Shown: positions 24,685 to 32,000 of the stretch, piece after piece
Layout: every line of letters begins with the position of its first letter
How positions within the stretch are numbered: the stretch's first letter is position 1
From: Halogeometricum borinquense DSM 11551
GTDB taxonomy: Archaea; Halobacteriota; Halobacteria; Halobacteriales; Haloferacaceae
Direction of reading: 5' to 3'
Assembly (NCBI RefSeq): GCF_000172995.2
Contig: NC_014729.1
Location: forward strand, 1,320,001 to 1,352,000
DNA: 32,000 bases
Position numbers and translations under genes: made by a program
Notes under the pieces: generated by a model
Database searches by the model: none
What the model was told of the DNA's origin: nothing
The model's input: only the letters and a program-made list of their open reading frames with translations

Positions 24685-25650
24685 TCAGGAGATTCGGACG
24701 CGGTTCGATTCGGCGTGGTCTCGGAGTCGTTTCACCCTGTCTTCGGTTCGCGGATGCGTAGAGAGCAGGTCTCGGAGGCGACGCTCCTCCTCGGACTCGA
24801 CTTCGCCGCGGATCCACAGCGGCGAGAGAATACCGAATTCGGCCGACGACGCCCGTTCGAGCTTTTCGAGTGCGCGTGCGAGGGCGAGTGGCCGCCCGGT
24901 CACCGCGGCCGCACGCTCGTCGGCGGCGTACTCCCGTTTCCGCGAATGCGCACGGGCCAGAAGCGTCATGACGCCCATCACGAGCGACGCCCCCTGTTCG
25001 AGTCGGTGCCGAATGCGACCGGGGAGCGTTTCGGGCCACGACGTCGGGTCGCCGCGGACCCACGCCGTAGAGAGTGCAAGTCCCGTTACCAAAAAGGCGA
25101 ACGGGGCGACGACGACGTACGCGAGGTTCACAACGGTCTGAATCGTGCTGAACGCGAGCGTCTGGACGAGGCTATCTTTGCGTTCGAGATGTGCAAGTTC
25201 GTGCGCTAACAGCCCCTCGAGCTCGTCGCGGTCGAGGATTCGAAACAGGACGGTATCGACCACGACAGTATTGCGTCCCATCGTATCGAGTGCGAACGCG
25301 TTTGGCGTCGAAAGCGAGGCGACCATCAGCCGTGGCGGCTCATCGAGGTCCATCTCGGCGGCGAGTCCATCTAACACGTGATACGCGCCGGGGACGCGTT
25401 CCCGCGGAAGTTCCTGCGCGTCGAGTTGTGAGAGGAGTCGCGCGGTCCCCACTCTGAGACCGAGATACCCGAACACGAGGGTAAATCCGAGGACGAAAAG
25501 GACCGCTGTCGTGAGGTCGAACTGTAGTCGCCACAGGATCGAGAGGGCGAGGTAACTCGCGTACGCAAGGAGCGCGTAGAAGACGAAGACAGCGACACCC
25601 ACGAAGACCATAAGGATACGAGTTCCGACGCGGTGAGCGCGAGCAGTCAT
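24685..25650 (-). CDS. M48-family (HtpX-like) membrane zinc metalloprotease
   Basis: N-terminal TM helices are followed by the zinc motif LLAHELAHLERKD (HExxH). More TM helices follow, then a distal EYAADERAA Glu ligand region. Confidence 0.9.
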   Translation of the reverse strand: MTARAHRVGTRILMVFVGVAVFVFYALLAYASYLALSILWRLQFDLTTAVLFVLGFTLVFGYLGLRVGTARLLSQLDAQELPRERVPGAYHVLDGLAAEMDLDEPPRLMVASLSTPNAFALDTMGRNTVVVDTVLFRILDRDELEGLLAHELAHLERKDSLVQTLAFSTIQTVVNLAYVVVAPFAFLVTGLALSTAWVRGDPTSWPETLPGRIRHRLEQGASLVMGVMTLLARAHSRKREYAADERAAAVTGRPLALARALEKLERASSAEFGILSPLWIRGEVESEEERRLRDLLSTHPRTEDRVKRLRDHAESNRVRIS

Positions 25651-25754
25651 CGGTTACACGAAGGTGACCCAGCGGCAAAATGATTCTCTCCGTTGTAGTC
25701 GAACACCTCTCCGCGACCCGCAGACTCATTGTTTAACGCGCCGAGTCGGGTTGT

Positions 25755-26216
25755 ATGCCAACCTTCTTCGAGGACTTCTCGGCTGGACAAACCGAGGAGT
25801 TCGGTGCGTACGATGTGACCGAAGAGGAGATTCTGCAGTTCGCATCGCAGTACGACCCGCAGTGGTTCCATACTGACCCTGAACGTGCGCGCGAGGAATC
25901 GATATACGGCGGGCTCATCGCAAGCGGCTGGCACACGACGGCGATGATGATGCGGATGCTCGTTGACGAGTTCCTCTCGGAGACGGCCGCCCTCGGCGCG
26001 AAAGGGATAGACGAGTTGCGCTGGCGGCGGCCAGTCCGCCCCGGTGACACGCTCTCGCTCCGACTCACTGTGGTCGAGACAGAGGCCGAAGGGCCGGACC
26101 GTGGTCTCGTGAAAACACGAATCGAGGTACTGAACGATACCGAGGTGGTCTGTTCGATGATCGCGCTGACGATGTTCGCCCGGCGCGACGACGAACGAGA
26201 CGACTGCGGAAACTAG
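25755..26216 (+). CDS. MaoC family dehydratase (hotdog fold)
   Basis: The sequence is MPTFFEDFSAGQTEEFGAYDVTEEEILQFASQYDPQWFHTDPERAREESIYGGLIASGWHTTAMMMRML...RPVRPGDTL. Confidence 0.9.
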   Translation: MPTFFEDFSAGQTEEFGAYDVTEEEILQFASQYDPQWFHTDPERAREESIYGGLIASGWHTTAMMMRMLVDEFLSETAALGAKGIDELRWRRPVRPGDTLSLRLTVVETEAEGPDRGLVKTRIEVLNDTEVVCSMIALTMFARRDDERDDCGN

Positions 26217-26962
26217 TCTCGCGTCTCGTCTTCGTATCGGTCGAATCGGTTCGTCGCACGGCGGAACAGGCCGGTCAGCGTATGTACCTCCCGGTCGGTC
26301 GGGTGCGCTCGCCCGATGAGGCGACGAATCATCCGCATCGTCTTCGGACGCTTGTGGTCGCGGTGTTCGGCGTGTTCGAGGAAGTTTTCGAAGTTGTCGT
26401 AGAAGCGCTCGATTTCCGACTCGGTCGCCCGCTCGCGTTCTACGTCGGGCAACTGCGTCTCATCGACGGTGAGCGACCGTAGTTCGTACATGAGGATTGT
26501 CGCCGCCTGTCCGAGATTCAACACGGGGTAGTCGTCGCTGGCCGGAATCGAGCAGATTTCGTCCAGACGTGCGAGTTCGTCGTTGTTGAGGCCGCGACCC
26601 TCACGTCCGAAGACCAGCGCCGTCTTCGTCTCTACCGTCTCCAGACTCTCGCGTACCTCGACGGGCGTTTTGTACGGGAAGCGGACGTGCTTTCTGCTGT
26701 CCTCGTTGGTGATCGCTGTCGTAGCGACCGTGTGGTACTCTTCGACCACTTCGTCGAACGTGACTTCGTCGGCGTTCGGAAGCACGTCCTCGCGGGCATG
26801 GCCAGCGAAGCCGTACGCCTCGCCGTCGGGTTCCAGCGGCGGCGGGTTCACGAGTTTGAGATCAGTCAGCCCGAAATTCTTCATCGCTCGCGCGATTGTG
26901 CCGACGTTACCCGGCGTCTCCGGTTCGACCACGACGACGACCGGCTTACTGTGTCGCGGCAT
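26213..26962 (-). CDS. trmJ: SpoU/TrmH-class RNA 2'-O-methyltransferase, TrmJ-like
   Basis: VVVVEPETPGNVGTIARAMKNFGLTDLKLVNP...ALVFGREGRGLNNDELARLDEICSIPASDDYPVLNLGQAATILMYEL contains SPOUT motifs 1-3. A TrmJ-style C-terminal helical extension follows. Confidence 0.88.
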   Translation of the reverse strand: MPRHSKPVVVVVEPETPGNVGTIARAMKNFGLTDLKLVNPPPLEPDGEAYGFAGHAREDVLPNADEVTFDEVVEEYHTVATTAITNEDSRKHVRFPYKTPVEVRESLETVETKTALVFGREGRGLNNDELARLDEICSIPASDDYPVLNLGQAATILMYELRSLTVDETQLPDVERERATESEIERFYDNFENFLEHAEHRDHKRPKTMRMIRRLIGRAHPTDREVHTLTGLFRRATNRFDRYEDETRD

Positions 26963-27579
26963 TACTTCGTCGGGTAGTCCTGTCCGAGGTCGAGGTCGCC
27001 AACGTCATCCATCGTATCGGCTTCGTCCTCGTCTTCGGTCTCGTCCTCGTCGCCGCTCCACTCATCGTGCGTTATCTCGCCGGTTTTGAGGTCGATACGC
27101 TTTCGCTTGCCCTCGTAGTTCTCGTTGAGGCGGCGGTTGAGTTCAGCCGGGTCCGGCGGTGTGGGGAGTTCATCGGGACCGGTATCGACGTGTTCGAGAC
27201 CGCCGTAGCCGTCGGGAGCGCGATTGTCCGCCGCGAACCACTCGTGGAACTCATCACGGAACGTCTCTTCGCCGCGGTACTCGGAACCGCCCCCCTCGCG
27301 GAACCAGTAAAGGAAGTCGGCCTCGTGGTCCGAACAGAGCAGTACCTCCTCCATCGGTTCGCCGTAGACGATTTCGGCCTGATTACAGCGCTTTTTCTCC
27401 GCCTCGCCGTGAATCAGATAGCAGGCGTCGCACGGCTTGCCCTGGAGGTAGGTGAGTCGGATGAGTCGCCGTCTGGTGTCGTCCGGAACTTCATCAAGGG
27501 GCCGAAACTCCCCCTCGTCGGTGAACACTTCTGACTCCTCGAAGCGCCAACCGCGAAGCCCGATACTGACCTTCGCCAT
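26962..27579 (-). CDS. Conserved hypothetical protein with a putative Cys4(His) metal-binding N-domain and a poly-acidic C-terminal tail
   Basis: MAKVSIGLRGWRFEESEVFTDEGEFRPL... has C50-x2-C53, C65 and C82-x2-H85. The tail is DEWSGDEDETEDEDEADTMDDVGDLDLGQDY. Its stop overlaps the trmJ-like ATG (TAATG). I recognise no family. Confidence 0.75.
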   Translation of the reverse strand: MAKVSIGLRGWRFEESEVFTDEGEFRPLDEVPDDTRRRLIRLTYLQGKPCDACYLIHGEAEKKRCNQAEIVYGEPMEEVLLCSDHEADFLYWFREGGGSEYRGEETFRDEFHEWFAADNRAPDGYGGLEHVDTGPDELPTPPDPAELNRRLNENYEGKRKRIDLKTGEITHDEWSGDEDETEDEDEADTMDDVGDLDLGQDYPTK

Positions 27580-27700
27580 GTTCGGAGACTAACGCGTGTG
27601 CGGATAAAAAGAGCGTGACTTCGCGGCCACAGGACGGCGAACAGCGTCCGAAAGGGTATCGAACTTACCGCCGCACGAGGCGACGGAACGCCGTCCGAGG

Positions 27701-28261
27701 TCAGTTGCACTCCAACGGACGCCCGCGTCTGAGCAGTTCGTCTCGCGTTCGGTCGGCGGTATGCGAGACGTGTTCGAGTTCGCGTCGCAACTCTTGGGAG
27801 GTGGGATTCGAACGTACGTCGGTGACCGCTGACGAGGTCTCTAACACGGCTTTTTTGCGTGCGAGCGTGAAGTATCGTCGTACCTGTTCGTCGTACGTTT
27901 CACGGGTTAACGACGCCGCAACCGTCCGCTGTACCTCCTCGTTAGTGACTGGTTTCACGAGGTAGTCGTCGAACGGCATCGAGACGATGTCGAACCCGGG
28001 GTCTACGGCCGTCACCATCACCACCGGACAATCGACGCCCTCCGCACGCAGTTCGGTGAGTACGTCGTCGCCGGTCATCTGCGGCATCTGCCGGTCGAGA
28101 AGGACAACGTCTGGGTCGAGACCGGACGCGACCGTCCGGAGTGCGTCGGCCGCGGAGTTCGCCTGTCGGACCTCGTACGCATCGGATAACCACGCGGCGT
28201 AGAGTTCAGTGAGCGAACGCTCGTCGTCGACGGTCAAGACGGTCTGTGGAGCGTCGGACAT
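27701..28261 (-). CDS. response regulator with C-terminal HalX domain
   Basis: The receiver domain is VLTVDDERSLTELYAAWL...VVLLDRQMPQMTGDDVL...VVMVTAV...DDYLVKP. It is followed by the coiled HalX-like segment REtYDEQVRRYFTLARKKAVLE. Confidence 0.88.
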   Translation of the reverse strand: MSDAPQTVLTVDDERSLTELYAAWLSDAYEVRQANSAADALRTVASGLDPDVVLLDRQMPQMTGDDVLTELRAEGVDCPVVMVTAVDPGFDIVSMPFDDYLVKPVTNEEVQRTVAASLTRETYDEQVRRYFTLARKKAVLETSSAVTDVRSNPTSQELRRELEHVSHTADRTRDELLRRGRPLECN

Positions 28262-28389
28262 GGGTGGTTGATAGCGACCAGTCGCGTCCTCGTACGACGG
28301 TCGTCTGTGAGTGATACATCATCCAAACGAACGGATAAACGATGCTAATAGGTCTACAGAGGAGTACATTCGCTTTTACTTGACAATTT

Positions 28390-28430
28390 CCGGTCTGTGT
28401 CCGACCGCCGGCGACACCGACCGAGACCGG
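28390..28430 (+). other. 41-nt two-tier stem-loop immediately upstream of folP
   Basis: The outer stem is CCGGTCT/AGACCGG (7 bp). The inner stem is GTGTC/GACAC (5 bp). The loop is 11 nt and there is a 6-nt 3' bulge. The structure ends 7 nt before ATG 28438. Confidence 0.4.
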
Positions 28431-28464
28431 ACCGCATATGCCTGTCCCATCCTACGTTTCTCAC

Positions 28465-29631
28465 ATGCGAACCGTCGATGCGGCCGGACTCGAAATCGGA
28501 GACGACCACCCGCCGAGAATTATGGGTGTACTGAACGTCTCGAAGGAGTCACCGTACGAACCGAGCGTGTTCAACGACGCCGGTGAGGCCGCCAAGTACG
28601 TCGATACCGCGCTTATCGACGAAGGAGCAGACATCGTTGACGTGGGGTTAGAGTCCGCAAACAAGCGATTCGAGGTCCTCTCCGCAGAAGAGGAACTGGA
28701 CCGCCTCGATACCGCCGTCGAGGTACTCGAAAGCGTCTCCGGAGACGCCGTGTTCTCCATCGAAACGCGGTACCACGAAGTCGCAGACGAGGCGCTCTCG
28801 CGTGGATTCGACATGGTAAACGACATCTGCGGATTCGCTGACCCGGAGATGCCGACAGTCTGTACGGACCACGACGCCGCCGTGGCGAAGATGGCGTCAC
28901 CGCCGGATCTCGAACGGCCGGGCGCTATCGAGGAAGTAGACGACATCTACGACGCACTGGCGCAGAACGGTTTCACCGACAAAACAATCGTTGACCCGGC
29001 GTTTGGCGGCTGGTCCGAAGCGAAAACACTCGAACACGACCGCGAGACGCTGCGCCGTCTCCGCGAGTTCCGTGGATACGGACGACCGATTCTCGTCTCC
29101 ATCAACCGGAAGAACTTCCTCCGTGAGGTGGCCGGACGCGACACCGAGGAGGCGCTTCCCGTCTCACTGGCGGCCACGTCGATGGCCGTCGAGCGCGGTG
29201 CGCACGTCATCCGGACGCACGACGTGGCCGAAACACGCGATGCGGCGCTGATCGGAAAGGAGTTCGCCCGGCATCGAACCCGCAAATCCGGGGATGTAAC
29301 CGTCGAAGAACTCGACGTGACGACGCCCCGTGAGGTAGAGCGCCATCTGGACCGCCTCGGTGTCGAATCGCCGGCATCGATTGCAACCGAAGCCGTCGTA
29401 CGCGTCTTCGAACTCGACGGCCTCTCGGATGAGGACGTACGGACGCTCGCCGCTGCTGCAGGAGATGCGGGGGCAACGGTGGCCCGCGGAACGACGGCTG
29501 ACGGCGCTGACAGCCATTGTGTCCTTCTTCTCGGGACGGCACGCGCCCTGTGCGAGACGGTCGCGTTCTCGGAGGGAGAATCCGAATCGCTCGCCACAGC
29601 CCTCCATTCCGTCGAGAACGGGGTTTTGTGA
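28465..29631 (+). CDS. folP: dihydropteroate synthase with a ~117-aa C-terminal extension
   Basis: MRTVDAAGLEIGDDHPPRIMGVLNVSKESPY...GADIVDVGLES...DMVNDICGF...IVDPAFGG...ILVSINRKNFL...GAHVIRTHDV is the pterin-binding DHPS pattern. An alternative ATG at 28438 would add 9 aa. Confidence 0.88.
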   Translation: MRTVDAAGLEIGDDHPPRIMGVLNVSKESPYEPSVFNDAGEAAKYVDTALIDEGADIVDVGLESANKRFEVLSAEEELDRLDTAVEVLESVSGDAVFSIETRYHEVADEALSRGFDMVNDICGFADPEMPTVCTDHDAAVAKMASPPDLERPGAIEEVDDIYDALAQNGFTDKTIVDPAFGGWSEAKTLEHDRETLRRLREFRGYGRPILVSINRKNFLREVAGRDTEEALPVSLAATSMAVERGAHVIRTHDVAETRDAALIGKEFARHRTRKSGDVTVEELDVTTPREVERHLDRLGVESPASIATEAVVRVFELDGLSDEDVRTLAAAAGDAGATVARGTTADGADSHCVLLLGTARALCETVAFSEGESESLATALHSVENGVL

Positions 29632-29698
29632 CTACATCGAAATACGTCAGAGTAAGAGAAAACTTATGCCGGACGACTGTGAACGCGGCCAGTGGAAG

Positions 29699-29739
29699 CC
29701 GGAAGGGCACGCGGGTAGGGGTACTTGGTGCCATTCCGG
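29699..29739 (+). other. 41-nt stem-loop in the folP to mptE spacer
   Basis: CCGGAAGGGCAC pairs with GTGCCATTCCGG. That is 11 base pairs plus one G.A mismatch, with a 17-nt loop. It lies 68 nt after the folP stop and 34 nt before ATG 29773. Confidence 0.45.
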
Positions 29740-29772
29740 TCCACACCGTACTACAGTCGAGGAGCGATAGCT

Positions 29773-30453
29773 ATGGAGTTTCTCGACTGGGAACCCGTCT
29801 ACGAACTGATTCTGGACGACCTCGGCTACCCGCGTGAGGGTGACGAACGCGCACGAGACGTGATGGCTGCGTACGCGCGCCCGTTCGACACGGACCGAGT
29901 GGACTGTACTGGAAAACGGGTCGCCGTCGTCGGTGCCGCACCGTCACTGCCGTCAGAAGTTGACGCCGTCGCCGACGCTGACGTCGTGTTCACCGCTTCG
30001 ACGGCGACCGACGTCGTTCGAAACGCGGGGTACGAGGTGGACCTGATGGTAACGGACTTAGACAAGAACCCGGAGACCGCCCGGCGTCGGACGCAGAACG
30101 GAACGCCAGTGGCGGCGCACGCTCACGGTGACAACATTCCGGCGATACGTGAGTGGCTGCCCCGCTTCGACGCTGCTCACGTCCTCGCCACAACGCAGGC
30201 GGCACCCGTCGAAAACGTCGCTAACTACGGCGGATTCACTGACGGGGACCGGGCGGCGTTCCTCGCGGATGCGTTCGGTGCCGCCGAACTCCAGTTCGTC
30301 GGCTGGGAGTTTGACGACCCGAGCGTCGATGCGGAGAAGGCGCGGAAACTCCGGTGGGCGGAACGACTCCTCTACCTGCTTGAGCGACGGCGCGATGACC
30401 GTTTTGCGATCCTCGACGGTCGGCGCGAGTCGATAGACCCGTTGGTGCCGTAA
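29773..30453 (+). CDS. mptE: MptE-like 6-hydroxymethylpterin diphosphokinase (DUF115, archaeal HPPK)
   Basis: The sequence MEFLDWEPVYELILDDLGY...GKRVAVVGAAPSL...LMVTDLDKNPE...AHAHGDNIPAI resembles the DUF115/MptE family. The gene lies directly downstream of folP. I chose ATG at 29773 inside the TTG-started track ORF. Confidence 0.72.
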   Translation: MEFLDWEPVYELILDDLGYPREGDERARDVMAAYARPFDTDRVDCTGKRVAVVGAAPSLPSEVDAVADADVVFTASTATDVVRNAGYEVDLMVTDLDKNPETARRRTQNGTPVAAHAHGDNIPAIREWLPRFDAAHVLATTQAAPVENVANYGGFTDGDRAAFLADAFGAAELQFVGWEFDDPSVDAEKARKLRWAERLLYLLERRRDDRFAILDGRRESIDPLVP

Positions 30454-30481
30454 CGACTCACAGAGTGTTGTCGTCCCCGTA

Positions 30482-31300
30482 TCACGCCTCGGCGTCTGCA
30501 TCCGGTCGCCGGGGGTCGGTGAACTGAACCGGGTCGGGTCCGGCTTCGAACAGACAAGCGGCACATCCCTCGCAGGTTGCTGACAGAGCTGACTCGGTGC
30601 CGGTAGAATCGCGGTCAATCTGAGAGACGTGAATCGTCCCGTCGCAGGTCGGACACCAATCCAGACACAGTCTGAGTGTCGCAAGCGCACGTCCCCGAAC
30701 CGTGGGTGAGAGCGTCCACCACTCGGGATATCGGTCTCGGAACTCCGCGATAGCGGTCACGTCGGCGACGAATGCGGCGCGGGAGGGCCACTGGCCTGCT
30801 CGCGTCCCGTGGACAGTGGCGACGAGCGCCTCCTCGTCTGCATTCCACTCCAGTTCGACCAACCGCTGTGGAACCGTAAGGAGGCCCGCAAGGACGGCTT
30901 CGTCTTGACTTCGATCACCCATCGAGAGGATACGTTGTCTCCACGCACGTTCGAACGCCGGTGCGACGCTTGGCACCGGACCCGAATCGCACTCAACCAA
31001 GAGACCCGCACGTTTGAGATGCGCCTCGGCGGATTCAGCGTCGGACGGTTCGGGTTGCGGCGTTCGGTCCGTGACCAGTGGACTGCAAACGCTGCGGAGA
31101 GCCCGTAGGCAGAACTCCCGGAATGCGTTTCGCATCGGCGGGTTGTCCGCAATGACAAAAGCACCGGTACTCACGAGGACGAAGGAAACGACAATCCCCG
31201 CCGTGGGCCACCGGGCGGCCATGCCGACGACGACACCCGAGAGAACGGCGAACGCCGCGACGACAAGAACGACGACACGGGGGTCTCGGCGGCGGCGCAT
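30482..31300 (-). CDS. hypothetical membrane-anchored protein with a C-terminal zinc-ribbon
   Basis: MRRRRDPRVVVLVVAAFAVLSGVVVGMAARWPTAGIVVSFVLVSTGAFVIA gives two TM spans. A soluble domain of about 170 aa follows. The protein ends in CLDWCPTCDG...CEGCAAC. I prefer ATG at 31300 over the track start, which is GTG at 31387. Confidence 0.65.
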   Translation of the reverse strand: MRRRRDPRVVVLVVAAFAVLSGVVVGMAARWPTAGIVVSFVLVSTGAFVIADNPPMRNAFREFCLRALRSVCSPLVTDRTPQPEPSDAESAEAHLKRAGLLVECDSGPVPSVAPAFERAWRQRILSMGDRSQDEAVLAGLLTVPQRLVELEWNADEEALVATVHGTRAGQWPSRAAFVADVTAIAEFRDRYPEWWTLSPTVRGRALATLRLCLDWCPTCDGTIHVSQIDRDSTGTESALSATCEGCAACLFEAGPDPVQFTDPRRPDADAEA

Positions 31301-31711
31301 AGCGAGTGCTGTCGAACGCACTGACAGGCAAACAGTCACCGTGCGTCTCACGACGCGGTCAAGCGTTCTCGCCACTATAAGATACACTCGGCGTTGGGGG
31401 ATAGGTATGGGGCGCTTACTACCAACTGCAGACGTGTCAGTCGTTTTTTCGCCCTCCCTATCATTTGTTAATTACTACATTGGTAATGACTGTAATTATT
31501 CAACTACCGAATACTGACTGGTAATGCTCTCGAAAACGAGAGAGAATCGGAAAACAGTCAACTAATATGACACTTGGTAGACGTATCAGCCTCGCTATTG
31601 TGTTCCGTCTTGTCCCTCTCCTTGCTCGTCGCCGCAACAGGGCACCATAGCACACCACATCAGACGACGGCACGCCGATAGCTTGAGGGACCTCTCGTCC
31701 GTGTCTCCCGT

Positions 31712-32000
31712 ATGCACCTTCACTGGCACCGCCGTGACCTACGGGTATCGGACAACCACGGCCTCGTAACGGCCGCCGATGCGGGCGATGTCGTCCCGGT
31801 GTTCGTCTTCGACGACGACGTGTTAGCACATGCTGGTGCCGCCCGCGTCCGCTTTATGCTCGACGCACTCGCCCGGTTACGCGAGACGTACCGCGAACGC
31901 GACTCCGACCTCGTGGTCGTCCGTGGCGACCCCACCGAAGAACTGCCTCGACTCGCCGCGGAGTACGACGCTGATGGTGTCGTATGGAACAAAGACTACT
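31712..32000 (+). CDS. phr: deoxyribodipyrimidine photolyase, N-terminal 96 codons (continues past the right edge)
   Basis: My translation from ATG 31712 is MHLHWHRRDLRVSDNHGLVTAADAGDVVPVFVFDDDVLAHAGAARVRFMLDALARLRETYRERDSDLVVVRGDPTEELPRLAAEYDADGVVWNKDY. This is the classic photolyase N-terminal alpha/beta domain pattern (W.RRDLR..DN..L, PVF.FD). Confidence 0.88.
   Translation, partial: MHLHWHRRDLRVSDNHGLVTAADAGDVVPVFVFDDDVLAHAGAARVRFMLDALARLRETYRERDSDLVVVRGDPTEELPRLAAEYDADGVVWNKDY

Noticed and set aside
27682-27695. A small hairpin GACGG-aacg-CCGTC lies just after the HalX regulator stop.
   Set aside because: The stem is only 5 bp and no T-tract follows on the minus strand. This is too weak to call a terminator.
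29666-29770. A 34-codon ORF (MPDDCERGQWKPEGHAGRGTWCHSGPHRTTVEER) lies in the folP to mptE spacer.
   Set aside because: It is basic and Gly/Arg/His-rich, unlike the acidic proteome. It spans the big hairpin, so its reading frame is more likely a by-product of RNA structure.
31407-31517. A 36-aa ORF (MGRLLPTADVSVVFSPSLSFVNYYIGNDCNYSTTEY) lies in the spacer before the photolyase gene.
   Set aside because: It has AT-rich third positions unlike real genes here and no recognisable motif. It is the tail of a track ORF that is antisense to the membrane protein gene.
1-32000. I searched the intergenic spacers for tRNA, rRNA or other RNA genes, CRISPR repeats, and transposase, integrase or IS ends.
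   Set aside because: No spacer shows a cloverleaf-compatible sequence, a regularly spaced repeat array or terminal inverted repeats. No ORF carries DDE, tyrosine-recombinase or Cas-like motifs that I can recognise by eye.

Overview
This is a dense, high-GC haloarchaeal chromosome segment (class Halobacteria, with Haloferax-like gene content). The evidence is strongly acidic predicted proteins, an Htr-type transducer, HalX and HTH_10 regulators, and a Tat-lipoprotein solute-binding protein. I call 35 protein-coding genes, two of them cut by the window edges. I found no rRNA, tRNA, CRISPR array, transposase or integrase. Most content is core housekeeping: an S1/OB RecJ-like protein, Yip1, tdk, mutY, an Htr transducer, a BolA-family protein, a 4-gene sugar ABC importer, fumC, gatE, two MaoC hotdog proteins, an M48 protease, a TrmJ-like methyltransferase, folP plus an MptE-like kinase, and a photolyase. 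I do not see a clear new multi-gene system, and there are no defence-island hallmarks. Six things deserve a second look. (1) A stand-alone 153-codon copy of only the Fe-S-loop and C-terminal half of MutY (5580-6041) differs from the full mutY mostly by synonymous changes. (2) A receiver-PAS-HisKA sensor (23506-24618) has no ATPase domain and its end overlaps a MaoC gene. (3) A Cys4, acidic-tail protein is translationally coupled (TAATG) to the TrmJ-like gene. (4) A flavin reductase, DsrE-like protein, ArsP_2-type exporter and Usp cluster has a 320-nt AT-rich leader carrying a perfect palindrome and a 38-codon uORF ending in ATGA on the exporter start. (5) Two paralogous HTH_10 regulator/oxidoreductase modules surround mutY. 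(6) There are several unexplained structured or AT-rich spacers. All family assignments come from motif recognition by eye. No database search was possible, and start codons are my best choice among in-frame ATG/GTG candidates.
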